Below are positions 1 through 8,397 of a stretch of DNA of 60,849 nt, in pieces. Position 1 is the stretch's first letter. Each line of letters begins with the position of its first letter. The DNA comes from Actinomycetota bacterium. Lineage in GTDB: Bacteria; Actinomycetota; CADDZG01; JAHWKV01. The stretch covers positions 1 through 60,849 of the forward strand of contig DATLOJ010000058.1 in NCBI GenBank assembly GCA_035536315.1. The letters run 5' to 3'. The notes beneath the pieces are model-generated. The model was not told where the DNA came from, searched no databases, and saw nothing but the letters and a program-made list of their open reading frames with translations. A program made the position numbers and the translations under genes.

Positions 1-708
1 GCGCCGCACTTCACTGAGGCGCTGTTCGATTTTGGCAGCGGCGACAAGGTCGTGGGCGTCTCGGCAGCAGACGCACGCCCCGCCGAAGCCACCGCAATCC
101 CCCGCCCAGTAACGGCCGACGGCTTCACCCCAGATCCGGCAGCCATCATTGCTCTAGATCCCCACGTCGTGATCACTTCACTCGAAGGCGGTGAGTGGAA
201 GCAGCCGGTTCGTCAGGCGGGGATCCACGTCGTCACCCTCAGGGCCTCAGGGCTGGAGGACGCTGCCAGAGACCTGCGGATTGTCGGAAGGATCTCTGGG
301 TTTGCACTGTCTGCCGACAAGCTGGCCGCACGCATGCACAGCCGCCTCAAGGAACTCGACCTGGCTACAGTCAAAACCAGGCCCAAAGTATTCGTCGAGA
401 CGGCTTACCCCCCTCCAGCTACGGCCGAGGACTCTTACATGACCGAGCTGATCACGGCGGCGGGAGGCGTGATGCTTGTACCCGGTCCGGGATACACCGT
501 GGTCTCGGGAGAACAGCTACAGGAAATGGCGCCCGAGGTAATCGTTATCGGAGCAGACCCTGATAGCCCACCGGAAAGGCCCGAGTACGCCCGCCTGACC
601 GCAGCGGGGACACGCCTGGTGTACGTACCGCCCGACACGCTCTTCCTGCCCGGCCCCCGTCTTCTGGAGGCCATAGAGCTGATCTCGAAGGGGATCCAGA
701 GCGGGTAA
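1..708 (+). CDS. Periplasmic substrate-binding protein, Fe3+-siderophore/cobalamin (BtuF/FhuD-like) class; 5' end cut by window edge
   Basis: Frame 1 is open from base 1 (APHFTEALFDFGSGDKVVGV...) to the stop at 706-708. The layout (VVGVS..., DPHVVITS, PKVFVE, PEVIVIG, LFLPGPRLLEAIELI) resembles type III periplasmic binding proteins. Confidence 0.6.
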   Translation, partial: APHFTEALFDFGSGDKVVGVSAADARPAEATAIPRPVTADGFTPDPAAIIALDPHVVITSLEGGEWKQPVRQAGIHVVTLRASGLEDAARDLRIVGRISGFALSADKLAARMHSRLKELDLATVKTRPKVFVETAYPPPATAEDSYMTELITAAGGVMLVPGPGYTVVSGEQLQEMAPEVIVIGADPDSPPERPEYARLTAAGTRLVYVPPDTLFLPGPRLLEAIELISKGIQSG

Positions 709-716
709 CCGGGCGG

Positions 717-1268
717 CTATTCCCCTTGTTCGACTCCCTTCGAAGGCTTGGCTGGCAGCCGACCTGTTCGGATGAACGCCTTGAGGCCCGGCCCCCGCAC
801 GACCCCGTGCCCAATCCCAAGGTAGAGAAGACAAACAAGCCCTGCCACCTCCTTCAATCCTTCAACCGGATGTTCCAACGGCCTCAGTAGCACCTCCAGC
901 CAGTAGCTATCCACCTGGTGGGGCGGGAACGTGCTCCCAAACAACGGCCAGAACAGCGTCACCGGGTCGTTCCACATTGCGTCCAGCCCAAGATGAAGAA
1001 GGCAGGCGACCGAAAGGATGAACCACCGCCGCAAGGTCTCGCCTCGCAGGACAAGCTGAGTCAGAACAAATAGCGCAAGAACAAGAGCCAGGGTGTGGCC
1101 AAAAAGGCGCGAGGTCCCGAATTGATCTTCGAAGAAGATCCGGCCCAAAGGCTTGTCGATGAGATCGGGCAAGATGGCCCCCAGCAGCACGATCCGGTAG
1201 TCGATCCTCTTCCGGCCGAGCGTGACGAAGACGATCGCCGCAGTCACACCAAGGTGCCAGAACAACAC
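717..1268 (-). CDS. Membrane-bound metal-dependent hydrolase, YdjM/DUF457-like
   Basis: Polytopic hydrophobic protein with ILPDLIDKPLG and GHTLALVLALF motifs. The GTG at 1268-1266 overlaps the RNase H stop by 1 nt (TAGTG). The longer 203-aa ORF would overlap the RNase H gene. Confidence 0.6.
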   Translation of the reverse strand: MLFWHLGVTAAIVFVTLGRKRIDYRIVLLGAILPDLIDKPLGRIFFEDQFGTSRLFGHTLALVLALFVLTQLVLRGETLRRWFILSVACLLHLGLDAMWNDPVTLFWPLFGSTFPPHQVDSYWLEVLLRPLEHPVEGLKEVAGLVCLLYLGIGHGVVRGPGLKAFIRTGRLPAKPSKGVEQGE

Positions 1269-1717
1269 TAGAAAAGAGTCTGTTCGTCCGGCTCCGGTGC
1301 GGTGGCGCCGGGGTTCTCGGCCAGCCACCGGTCTATCCCCTGGTTCATCAGCTCATCCGCACGTGAGTTTTGCTCCCTCGGGACCGCGGTGAACAGCACC
1401 TTTTGAAACTTCCGGGAGAGCTCAACCGCCCTGGCGTGCAAGGGCTTCAGTCCTGCGTGCTTGACACGCCAGCGGCCCCTCACCTGTTCCACCACGAGCT
1501 TCGAATCCATGTGAACGTGAATGTGCTCGACGCCTTCCTCAAGCGCGAGCTCCAACCCTTCGATTAGGCCCGTGTACTCCGCGACGTTGTTCGTCGCCCA
1601 GCCAATACCCTTGTCGATCTCCTTCACGACGTTGCCCTGCGGATCGAGAAGGACAACGCCTATGCCACCCGGACCGGGGTTGCCGCGCGCACCTCCATCC
1701 GTCCACAACTTGTGCAT
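1268..1717 (-). CDS. rnhA: Ribonuclease H (RNase HI fold)
   Basis: MHKLWTDGGARGNPGPGGIGVVL...NNVAEYTGLIEGLELA...HMDSKLVVEQ...NSRADELMN carries the RNase H acidic-residue pattern (D, E, D, D). It sits downstream of a COG1579 zinc-ribbon gene, as in mycobacterial Rv2229c-Rv2228c. Confidence 0.85.
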   Translation of the reverse strand: MHKLWTDGGARGNPGPGGIGVVLLDPQGNVVKEIDKGIGWATNNVAEYTGLIEGLELALEEGVEHIHVHMDSKLVVEQVRGRWRVKHAGLKPLHARAVELSRKFQKVLFTAVPREQNSRADELMNQGIDRWLAENPGATAPEPDEQTLF

Positions 1718-1730
1718 GTTTTCGTGGCCC

Positions 1731-2453
1731 TCAGACGACTACAAGGATTCGGCGGCAGTCGTCACAGCGGATGATGCCCTCGGCGCTTCGGATTCTCTGC
1801 ACTTCCTGGGCGGGAAGCTTCATGTGACACCCCTGACAGGTTCCGTCGACAAGTGCCGCTGCTCCCACTCCCCCTTTTGAGCTTCGAACATCGTCATAGA
1901 ACGCCAGAAGCTCCACATCGATCTTGGCTTGCCACTCTTCCCGCCCGGCCCGGGTTGTTCCGAGCTCTGAGTCGATTTCGACAACGGCAAGATCCCGCGC
2001 CTTAATTGCTTCTTCCATCTGTGACTTGAGGCCGGCCGCTGCCTCCTCCACCGACTGGAGCTGGTTCTCGGCCGCTTCCCTCTCCTCCATGATCTCGAGA
2101 TCTGAATCCTCGAGAACACCCTTTCTCTTCTTCAGCGACTCGATTTCGGCCTGAAGACCCGAAAGCTCCCGCGGGCTGGAGACCTTCCCATCGTAAAGCC
2201 GGGCCTCCTCACCCTTGATCTTCAACGAGAGCGTCTCGATATCCGTGTCCAGACGCTTCTGGCGGTTGGCCGCGTCGTCGACAAGAGTCTGCTGCTCTGC
2301 GACCGATCTCTCGAGCGTGCCAAGCTCTTCCTGCAATCGGTCGAGCTCCAGCTGCTCGGGGAGGTGCTTCTTTCTGTGCTCGAGCCTGTCGATGATCGAA
2401 TCCAGTTTCTGCACTTCGAGCAGGTCGAGGAGGTTTTGGTGCGAAGGGTTCAC
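1731..2453 (-). CDS. Coiled-coil protein with C-terminal C4 zinc ribbon (COG1579/DUF164-like)
   Basis: Long heptad-rich E/L/K/R region, then CQGCHMKLPAQE...IIRCDDCRRILV (CxxC...CxxC). GTG start chosen at 2453 because the upstream part of the 318-aa ORF overlaps the response-regulator gene. Confidence 0.75.
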   Translation of the reverse strand: MNPSHQNLLDLLEVQKLDSIIDRLEHRKKHLPEQLELDRLQEELGTLERSVAEQQTLVDDAANRQKRLDTDIETLSLKIKGEEARLYDGKVSSPRELSGLQAEIESLKKRKGVLEDSDLEIMEEREAAENQLQSVEEAAAGLKSQMEEAIKARDLAVVEIDSELGTTRAGREEWQAKIDVELLAFYDDVRSSKGGVGAAALVDGTCQGCHMKLPAQEVQRIRSAEGIIRCDDCRRILVVV

Positions 2454-2463
2454 GGCGCGCAGT

Positions 2464-3105
2464 TTACTCGCCGACCGAAACGATCCCCATCCGAATAGCG
2501 TTCCGTACTGCTTCGACCCTGTTAGTGACGCCCAGTTTCCGGTAGACGTTCGCCACGTGAGCGTTAACGGTTCTTTCCGAGAGCTGGAGCCGGCTGGCGA
2601 TCTGCCTTGCCGACAACCCCTGTGATAGGAGCTGAATGACCTGCTCCTCGCGTTGAGAGAAAGATACGTCGTTGCGTGACTTCTCATGCTCGGCCGCGCG
2701 CTTCATCATGATGTCCGCGCGCACGGGGTCGAGGTAGGTTCCCCCCGCTTTGATCACTCTCACCGCATCGTCGATGTCCTGAGGAGTCGCCTCATGAGTG
2801 ACGAAACCCGACGCTCCTTCGGCCAGCCCCATGGACAGGGCAGAAAGATCCTCATCGTCAAGAATTCCGATGACCGGAATCTTGGGGGAATGCTTCTTCA
2901 GTCGTTCGAGTCTTTGGTGGCCGCTCGCCCCGGGCATCTCGAAGTCGAGGAAGATGAGATCGGGAGGTTCGAGGTCGATGCTTGCGGATGCCTGTTCGGC
3001 GCTGCCAACGACTACGACCTCCGAAACAAGCTTGGCGTCGCCTGCCTTATCTGCGAACGTTTGTCTGCCTAGGACCAGAACGCGGACCTTCGGACTTTGG
3101 GGCAC
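2464..3105 (-). CDS. LuxR/NarL-family response regulator with atypical receiver domain
   Basis: C-terminal LuxR HTH (REEQVIQLLSQGLSARQIASRLQLSERTVNAHVANVYRKLGV). N-terminal receiver keeps the phospho-Asp context (LIFLDFEMPG) but lacks the acidic pair, the Thr/Ser and the Lys. Confidence 0.85.
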   Translation of the reverse strand: MPQSPKVRVLVLGRQTFADKAGDAKLVSEVVVVGSAEQASASIDLEPPDLIFLDFEMPGASGHQRLERLKKHSPKIPVIGILDDEDLSALSMGLAEGASGFVTHEATPQDIDDAVRVIKAGGTYLDPVRADIMMKRAAEHEKSRNDVSFSQREEQVIQLLSQGLSARQIASRLQLSERTVNAHVANVYRKLGVTNRVEAVRNAIRMGIVSVGE

Positions 3106-3174
3106 TGCGCGAGCCTAGAGCAAACCCCTGTCTAGAAGACAACCCGGCCGAGCCCCACATATCCTTCCTGCTCC

Positions 3175-3933
3175 GTGAGCGCATCCCTGGAGCAGGTTGC
3201 CGGTTGGATCTCCGAGGCAAGCACCGTGGTGTGCCTCACCGGAGCGGGGATCTCGACAGACTCTGGCATCCCCGACTTCCGAGGGCCAAACGGCCTGTGG
3301 ACGAAGGACCCCGAGGCAGAAAAGCTATCGAACATCCATTACTACGTGGCCGACAAGCAGATTCGCGAGAAAGCCTGGCGCGCAAGGCTCGAGCATCCTG
3401 CATTCACTGCGGCGCCAAATGCCGGGCACCGATCCCTTGCCCGGCTGGAGGCAAAGGGCAAGCTCCAAACGCTGATCACACAGAACATCGACGGTTTGCA
3501 TCAAGCAGCGGGGAATTCGGCCGGGATTGTGATCGAAATGCACGGGACACTTCACGAGGTCGCGTGCCTCCAATGCTTCGAGCGCTCGCCGATGAAAGTG
3601 GCGCTGTCGCGAGTCGAGGCCGGAGAAACAGATCCTGAATGCGGTTCCTGTGCCGGGATTCTGAAGTCTGCAACGGTCTCGTTCGGACAATCGCTCGACC
3701 CGGCGAAAATTGAGAGAGCCGTCGAAGCGGCGGAAGGCTCCGACGTATTCATCTGCGCCGGCACGAGCCTGGCCGTATACCCGGTAGCGGAGCTGCCAGC
3801 GTTAGCGATTAGGAGTGGAGCACGGCTGGTAATCCTCAACCAGGAGGAGACACCCTACGACGCGGCGGCAGACGCTCGCTTTGACGGCCACCTGTCGAAG
3901 CTCCTTCCTCGAATAGTCTCAATGGTGCAATGA
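3175..3933 (+). CDS. cobB: NAD-dependent protein deacylase, Sir2/CobB family
   Basis: GAGISTDSGIPDFRGPNGLW, TQNIDGLH and a Zn-ribbon cysteine pair (CLQC ... CGSC). Confidence 0.9.
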   Translation: MSASLEQVAGWISEASTVVCLTGAGISTDSGIPDFRGPNGLWTKDPEAEKLSNIHYYVADKQIREKAWRARLEHPAFTAAPNAGHRSLARLEAKGKLQTLITQNIDGLHQAAGNSAGIVIEMHGTLHEVACLQCFERSPMKVALSRVEAGETDPECGSCAGILKSATVSFGQSLDPAKIERAVEAAEGSDVFICAGTSLAVYPVAELPALAIRSGARLVILNQEETPYDAAADARFDGHLSKLLPRIVSMVQ

Positions 3934-4820
3934 CCTACTCGATCGTGGCGCGGGACCCCGAGACTGGTGACCTGGCCATCGGTGTTCAATCGCACTACTT
4001 CTCCGTGGGACCAATCGTTCCATGGGCGGAGGCCGGAGTCGGAGCCGTCGCGACGCAAGCGCATGTGGACGTGGCCTACGGGCCCCTCGGCATTGACATG
4101 ATGAAGAGTGGCCGGTCGGCCGGTGAGGCCCTCGCAGGCACCCTTGCCTCCGATCCAAACGCGCAAGTGAGACAGGTTGCCATGATCGACTCGTCCGGTT
4201 CGGTCGCGGCTCATACCGGCGAAAAATGCATCCGCGAAGCCGGCCACAGGCTCGGCGACAATTACTCTGTTCAGGCCAACATGATGCTCAAGGACACAGT
4301 CTGGGATGCAATGGCCAAGGCGTACGAAAGGTCGAAAGGCTCGCTCGCGTCACGCGTTGTCGACGCACTGGACGCGGCGGAAGCCGAAGGTGGAGACATC
4401 AGAGGCAAGCAGTCGGCCGCCATCGTCGTTGTTACAGGCAAAAGCTCGGGCAAGCCATGGGCGGATCGGATTCTCGAACTACGGGTTGAAGACAGTCCAG
4501 ACCCCCTGGCCGAGCTGAGAAGGCTCGTCAGGTTGAATGACGCATACCGGCAGCTTGGAAAGGCCGAGGAGCTTCTGTTAGAGGGCAAGGATGAGGAAGC
4601 CTTCGAGCTTTACGAAAATGCAGTCAAGGTCGGAGGCAACGTCGAGCTCGACTTTTGGTACGGCCTGACGCTGGCCGGGCGGGGCAAGGTGGACGAGGCA
4701 ATCAAGGTATTGGCTCCGGTCTTCGCAGCCAACTCGAACTGGGCTGAGCTTCTCCGCCGCCTTCCCAGCTCTGACCTTTTCCCCAACGACCAGGAATTGA
4801 TCGCGAAGCTAATCGGTTAG
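3930..4820 (+). CDS. DUF1028 family (Ntn-hydrolase-like) protein with helical C-terminal region
   Basis: MTYSIVARDPETGDLAIGVQSHYFSVG...AEAGVGAVATQA is the typical DUF1028 N-terminus (Thr2 after Met). The ATGA overlaps the sirtuin stop. Confidence 0.75.
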   Translation: MTYSIVARDPETGDLAIGVQSHYFSVGPIVPWAEAGVGAVATQAHVDVAYGPLGIDMMKSGRSAGEALAGTLASDPNAQVRQVAMIDSSGSVAAHTGEKCIREAGHRLGDNYSVQANMMLKDTVWDAMAKAYERSKGSLASRVVDALDAAEAEGGDIRGKQSAAIVVVTGKSSGKPWADRILELRVEDSPDPLAELRRLVRLNDAYRQLGKAEELLLEGKDEEAFELYENAVKVGGNVELDFWYGLTLAGRGKVDEAIKVLAPVFAANSNWAELLRRLPSSDLFPNDQELIAKLIG

Positions 4821-4826
4821 CCATCC

Positions 4827-4866
4827 AAAAGAAAAAGAGGGCCGGTTTCCCGGCCCTCTCTTTGTT
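4827..4866. terminator. Bidirectional rho-independent terminator between convergent genes
   Basis: AAAAGAAAAA-GAGGGCCGG-TTTC-CCGGCCCTC-TCTTTGTT: a perfect 9-bp GC-rich stem (4837-4845/4850-4858), A-run on the left, T-run on the right. Confidence 0.75.
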
Positions 4867-4879
4867 GCCTTTGAACGTT

Positions 4880-7297
4880 CTAGGCGGGTCGAGTTCCGTC
4901 GTTGTACCGGTTCTCGATTGCGACCATCGGGTCGAAGTCCGAACCGCCGCCGCCTCCGAAGTACCTGGCGTTTCCGTGGGAGAACACTCCACCGTCCTCA
5001 GCTACCAGGTTGTACCCGCCGCCATCCGGCGTAGCAGACATCCCGGAGACCGGCCTGAACAGGGCCGCATCGGCCATGCTTCCGAAGAAGCGCGCGCTGG
5101 GCCCGAAGGTGAAGACTCCACCGTCGGTAGCGACAAGCCAGTATCCGTTTCCACCCGGGGCATCGTCGGCACCCACGATGGGTTCATCGAGAGTGTATCC
5201 GCCCATGCTTCCGTGGAAAACAGCGCTTCCGAAGGTGAACACGCCTCCGTCGGCGGCGATTAGCCAGTAACCCGTGCCATCAGGCGTCGAAATGAGGGCC
5301 ACGATCGGCTCCACGAGATGTTGTCCGCCCCTGCTGCCGAAGAACCGGGCGTCACCGTGCGTGAATACGCCTCCGTCTGCTGCTACCTGCCAGTATCCGT
5401 TACCGGAAGGCGTCGCCTGCATCCCAACTATTGGGGCAAACAGATCCTGGCCGCTCATGTCTCCGAAGTGCGTTGCACCGAAGGCGTAAACCTTGCCGAA
5501 CTCGTCGTTCGTCCAGTAACCGTTGCCGTTGGGATGCGAATCGGCTCCGACGATGTCTCGGCCAACCAGTTGCCCGTCCGCATCTCCCCTATCCGGCGAG
5601 TCGCCGTAAGCATCTACGCGCCCGCCCGCATTGAACAGCCAGTAGCCGTCACCACTTGTGGGTGGCGGGGGTGGAGGAGTAGTTGGTGGAGGAGTAGTTG
5701 GTGGAGGAGTAGTTGGAGGAGGTGAGGTTGGAGGAGGCCCTCCCTGGCCCCACGAGACCTGCACGACATCGAGCTCGGACCTAACCGTCTCGCTTGGCCG
5801 CCCTTCACCGCTGCAGGTTCCGGTTGGAGATGTTCCGGCCATCGTTGGCGTAGCTGTGGGAACCCATGCGCACATGAGATCGGTTCCGGCTTCGCCATCG
5901 CTTACGTAAGTCACTGTGCAGGTCGTCCCGTTCCCATCTGGTTGGTTGACCATGTCGCAGGAACGGTCTGCGGTATTCGGGCTGTTCCCGTCGGGGTCGT
6001 TCGGCGAGCCCTGGAAGAACTCAACGAAGACCTCGCTCAATCCACGGAAGGGCTCGCTGAATTGGTCAAAGGCAGTGATTGTGACGGTGTGAGTCGTCCC
6101 TGCCGTACGACCCATGAGCTCGGGCTCGGCGTCCAGCGTTGTGAACAGCCGGGTCTGCCAGGTAGCGCGCTCTTTGTCGGTGGTACCGGTTTCGTCAACA
6201 AGAGTTTCCTCGTCACAAAGGCCTCCGTCGGCTGGGTCGGTCGCACTGAACCCGTTGTCAGGTCCCCCTGCATCCGAATCGTGCCAGAAGCAGATATCCG
6301 CGGTCCCGGCCTGACCCTCACTTGCCGTGAAGGTGCCCTCGCAACTGCCGCCGTCGCCGGTCGTGCAGAAAGGGTTTCGGTCGGCAGGATTGGCGGCCGC
6401 GTTGTCGCCATCGTTCACGCCGCCCATGTTCTCGGCGTCGATCTGCTGGCCGGACATACCCTGACCCTCGTCATCAATCAAACGGCAGATGAAGGAAATC
6501 GCGGTGTTGGATCCCGTCGCGGGAGCAACTCCATCCTCACCCTCACTGAACCTGCAGTCCAGGGTCGTGGGAACAGGCGTCCTGCTCCAGCTCACGGATA
6601 CGACGTCGGTCGAGTCCGCCTCCGCGTCCCGTCCTGGGACCGGAATGGCTGTAGGGGGACAGGAAAGAGTCGGCGGGACCTCTGGGTCCGCCTCAGCGAT
6701 TGGAGTCGGGGGGGTGGTGTCGGTGGCCGGGCTGAACTGGCAATCAGTCGGACCGGAGTAGCGGCCTTCGGTCGGATCTCCCTCGAAGGTAGCGTTGTTG
6801 TTGTCCTCGTCTATCCACGCCCTGATGATGTCGGTTCCCCCGCCGCCAAGAGACTCCAGTGTGACGTCACAAGTGCTGGACCCCGGAGAGATTGCACAAG
6901 ACGCATCGGGGCTCCTGTAATCGGAGTTCCCATCCCGGTTGCCGGGACCCTGAGTTACCTCGAAGTCGACGGTTATGGTCTGCCCCGCGTCCGCAGGAAA
7001 AGGATTGTGAATGGGAGCCGTGACCGTGTCGGTTGGGTTTGGGATATCAGTGTCTGGGTTGCTTCCGTCATAGACGCGAGCGTAAAGAACGTTGTCATCG
7101 CCCGCGGTCAGCTCGTCGGTTTCAGGGGAAACCTCCAGAACTCGAGTGCCATGATTTGCCTCGGCCTCGATAGGGGGCAGCGCAAGCGGGGCGGCGATTC
7201 CGAGAAACAGCCCTGCCAGGCAAACAGCAAGAAGCTTCACGTGGAGATTGCGAGAGCGATGCTCACGCGAGTCTTTGCTAATTATCGAGCTAATCAA
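4880..7297 (-). CDS. Large secreted multidomain protein: signal peptide, three Cys-containing Ig-like modules, Pro/Thr linker, six-fold about 40-aa repeat (propeller-like) C-terminus
   Basis: TTG start at 7297 preceded by GGAGG with a 6-nt spacer (7304-7308 on the minus strand). Hydrophobic segment KLLAVCLAGLFLGIAAPLALP. Linker PPPTSPPPTTPPPTTPPPTTPPPPPP. Repeats are of the form GNGYWLVATDGGVFTFG.A.FFGS. Confidence 0.8.
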   Translation of the reverse strand: MISSIISKDSREHRSRNLHVKLLAVCLAGLFLGIAAPLALPPIEAEANHGTRVLEVSPETDELTAGDDNVLYARVYDGSNPDTDIPNPTDTVTAPIHNPFPADAGQTITVDFEVTQGPGNRDGNSDYRSPDASCAISPGSSTCDVTLESLGGGGTDIIRAWIDEDNNNATFEGDPTEGRYSGPTDCQFSPATDTTPPTPIAEADPEVPPTLSCPPTAIPVPGRDAEADSTDVVSVSWSRTPVPTTLDCRFSEGEDGVAPATGSNTAISFICRLIDDEGQGMSGQQIDAENMGGVNDGDNAAANPADRNPFCTTGDGGSCEGTFTASEGQAGTADICFWHDSDAGGPDNGFSATDPADGGLCDEETLVDETGTTDKERATWQTRLFTTLDAEPELMGRTAGTTHTVTITAFDQFSEPFRGLSEVFVEFFQGSPNDPDGNSPNTADRSCDMVNQPDGNGTTCTVTYVSDGEAGTDLMCAWVPTATPTMAGTSPTGTCSGEGRPSETVRSELDVVQVSWGQGGPPPTSPPPTTPPPTTPPPTTPPPPPPTSGDGYWLFNAGGRVDAYGDSPDRGDADGQLVGRDIVGADSHPNGNGYWTNDEFGKVYAFGATHFGDMSGQDLFAPIVGMQATPSGNGYWQVAADGGVFTHGDARFFGSRGGQHLVEPIVALISTPDGTGYWLIAADGGVFTFGSAVFHGSMGGYTLDEPIVGADDAPGGNGYWLVATDGGVFTFGPSARFFGSMADAALFRPVSGMSATPDGGGYNLVAEDGGVFSHGNARYFGGGGGSDFDPMVAIENRYNDGTRPA
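5671..5715. repeat. Perfect 3 x 15-bp tandem repeat (GTGGAGGAGTAGTTG) inside the Pro/Thr linker coding region
   Basis: Identical units at 5671-5685, 5686-5700 and 5701-5715, flanked by degenerate copies. It encodes the TTPPP repeats on the minus strand. Confidence 0.9.
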
Positions 7298-7638
7298 GGT
7301 GTCCCTCCGATAAATAAGTAAATTCGTTGAATAAGGATAGCTGTTAATTCGGACTATGCGACCGACTTGGCCACCTACTTCTACCTTTTATATGTATCGG
7401 CCTCGCGGCCACTGGCTTGAACGATTCACAGAAGGAACATCGTATTGAGCTTTGCGCGCCCGGACGCGGATTGAAGACCCTGTTTTTGCCCCGATTGGGG
7501 TGTTAAGGACCGATTTTCGCTGCAGCGCGAGGCCTGACCCGCGAGTCGATTCGACCCCTCACGACAGCCAGGGGCCTCAGCACACGGACGACACTGAAGC
7601 AAGGATGCCGGCAATTAAGCAAATTATGTCGGCTCAGG

Positions 7639-8397
7639 TCACCTGCGCGAGAGTCCCATCATCGCCAGCGACGCCAGAAGTAACGTTAGAGAAAGCAATC
7701 CTGTAAGGGCGAGCAGACCGGGCCACGATCCCTCCCATGTCACCTCCCCTAAGAACCCCTGACGCGCGAGCGCGAGAATCTTTGTCACCGGGTTGAACTT
7801 CGCGACCGTATGAATCCATCCGGAGAGAAGGTGAAGCGGCATCTGAGCCGTCGAGAGAAAAACGCTCAAGAACACAGCGGTAGTCATAAGGGGGGCTGCC
7901 TGAACGGTTCTGAACTTGAGGGCGATTGCCATGGACCACAAGCTCGCAACCACCGAGAAGCCCATCGCTGCCGCGATCAGAGGCACAACCGTAAAGGCCC
8001 CTCCCTTGAAGTTTGCCTGCCCAATGTTGGCGACGAGGAGCATCAGAGAGATCGGGATCAATGAGCGCATCGCCGCGGCAAGGGCACCCCCTGCGATGAG
8101 AGAGGTACGCGGAATCGGACTCAACAGGAACCTGTCGTAGAAGCCGCTCTCGAAATCGCGGGCAACTCCAAGTCCAGTCGTAACTCCTGCGAACGCACCC
8201 CCCATCGTCGTTGTCATTGGGATGAACCAGTCGATGCTCTTCGTCGCGGGGAACATTGGAAGATTCACGAGACTGGACAACGCGCCGGAGAAGGCGACGG
8301 TCAGAATGACCGGCATCACCAGCGAAGGTATGAAAGTGGACGCCAGTCTTGGGATCAGGCGGATGCTCCTGCCTGCTATCGCGAATGCAGCGGTCAA
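7639..8397 (-). CDS. ABC-2 type exporter permease
   Basis: Six-TM-like hydrophobic profile. Overlaps the upstream permease by 4 nt and lies in an operon with a DrrA-like ATPase. Confidence 0.8.
   Translation of the reverse strand: MTAAFAIAGRSIRLIPRLASTFIPSLVMPVILTVAFSGALSSLVNLPMFPATKSIDWFIPMTTTMGGAFAGVTTGLGVARDFESGFYDRFLLSPIPRTSLIAGGALAAAMRSLIPISLMLLVANIGQANFKGGAFTVVPLIAAAMGFSVVASLWSMAIALKFRTVQAAPLMTTAVFLSVFLSTAQMPLHLLSGWIHTVAKFNPVTKILALARQGFLGEVTWEGSWPGLLALTGLLSLTLLLASLAMMGLSRR

Noticed and set aside
3175-3933. Sir2-domain gene considered as an anti-phage defence component (Thoeris/DSR/SIR2-HerA-like)
   Set aside because: It has the full housekeeping sirtuin motif set, including the Zn-ribbon cysteines, and a size of about 250 aa. 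No TIR, HerA, helicase or Argonaute partner is present, and the neighbours are metabolic or housekeeping genes.
5656-5745. Short tandem repeats considered as a possible CRISPR or minisatellite locus
   Set aside because: The units are 15 bp, contiguous with no spacers, in frame, and encode the TTPPP linker of the secreted protein. It is a coding low-complexity repeat, not a CRISPR array.
5942-7321. 459-aa plus-strand ORF
   Set aside because: It lies entirely antisense to the well-supported 805-aa secreted-protein gene. Its Arg/Gly/Val-rich, low-complexity translation is typical of shadow ORFs in high-GC DNA, and it has no recognisable motifs.
7298-7638. 340-bp intergenic region, partly AT-rich, screened for a tRNA, sRNA or riboswitch
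   Set aside because: There is no cloverleaf-compatible arms and no recognisable riboswitch core. Only short palindromes are present (for example CGCTGCAGCG). The region is best explained as the ABC-operon terminator zone plus the promoter and SD (GGAGG at 7304-7308) of the secreted-protein gene.
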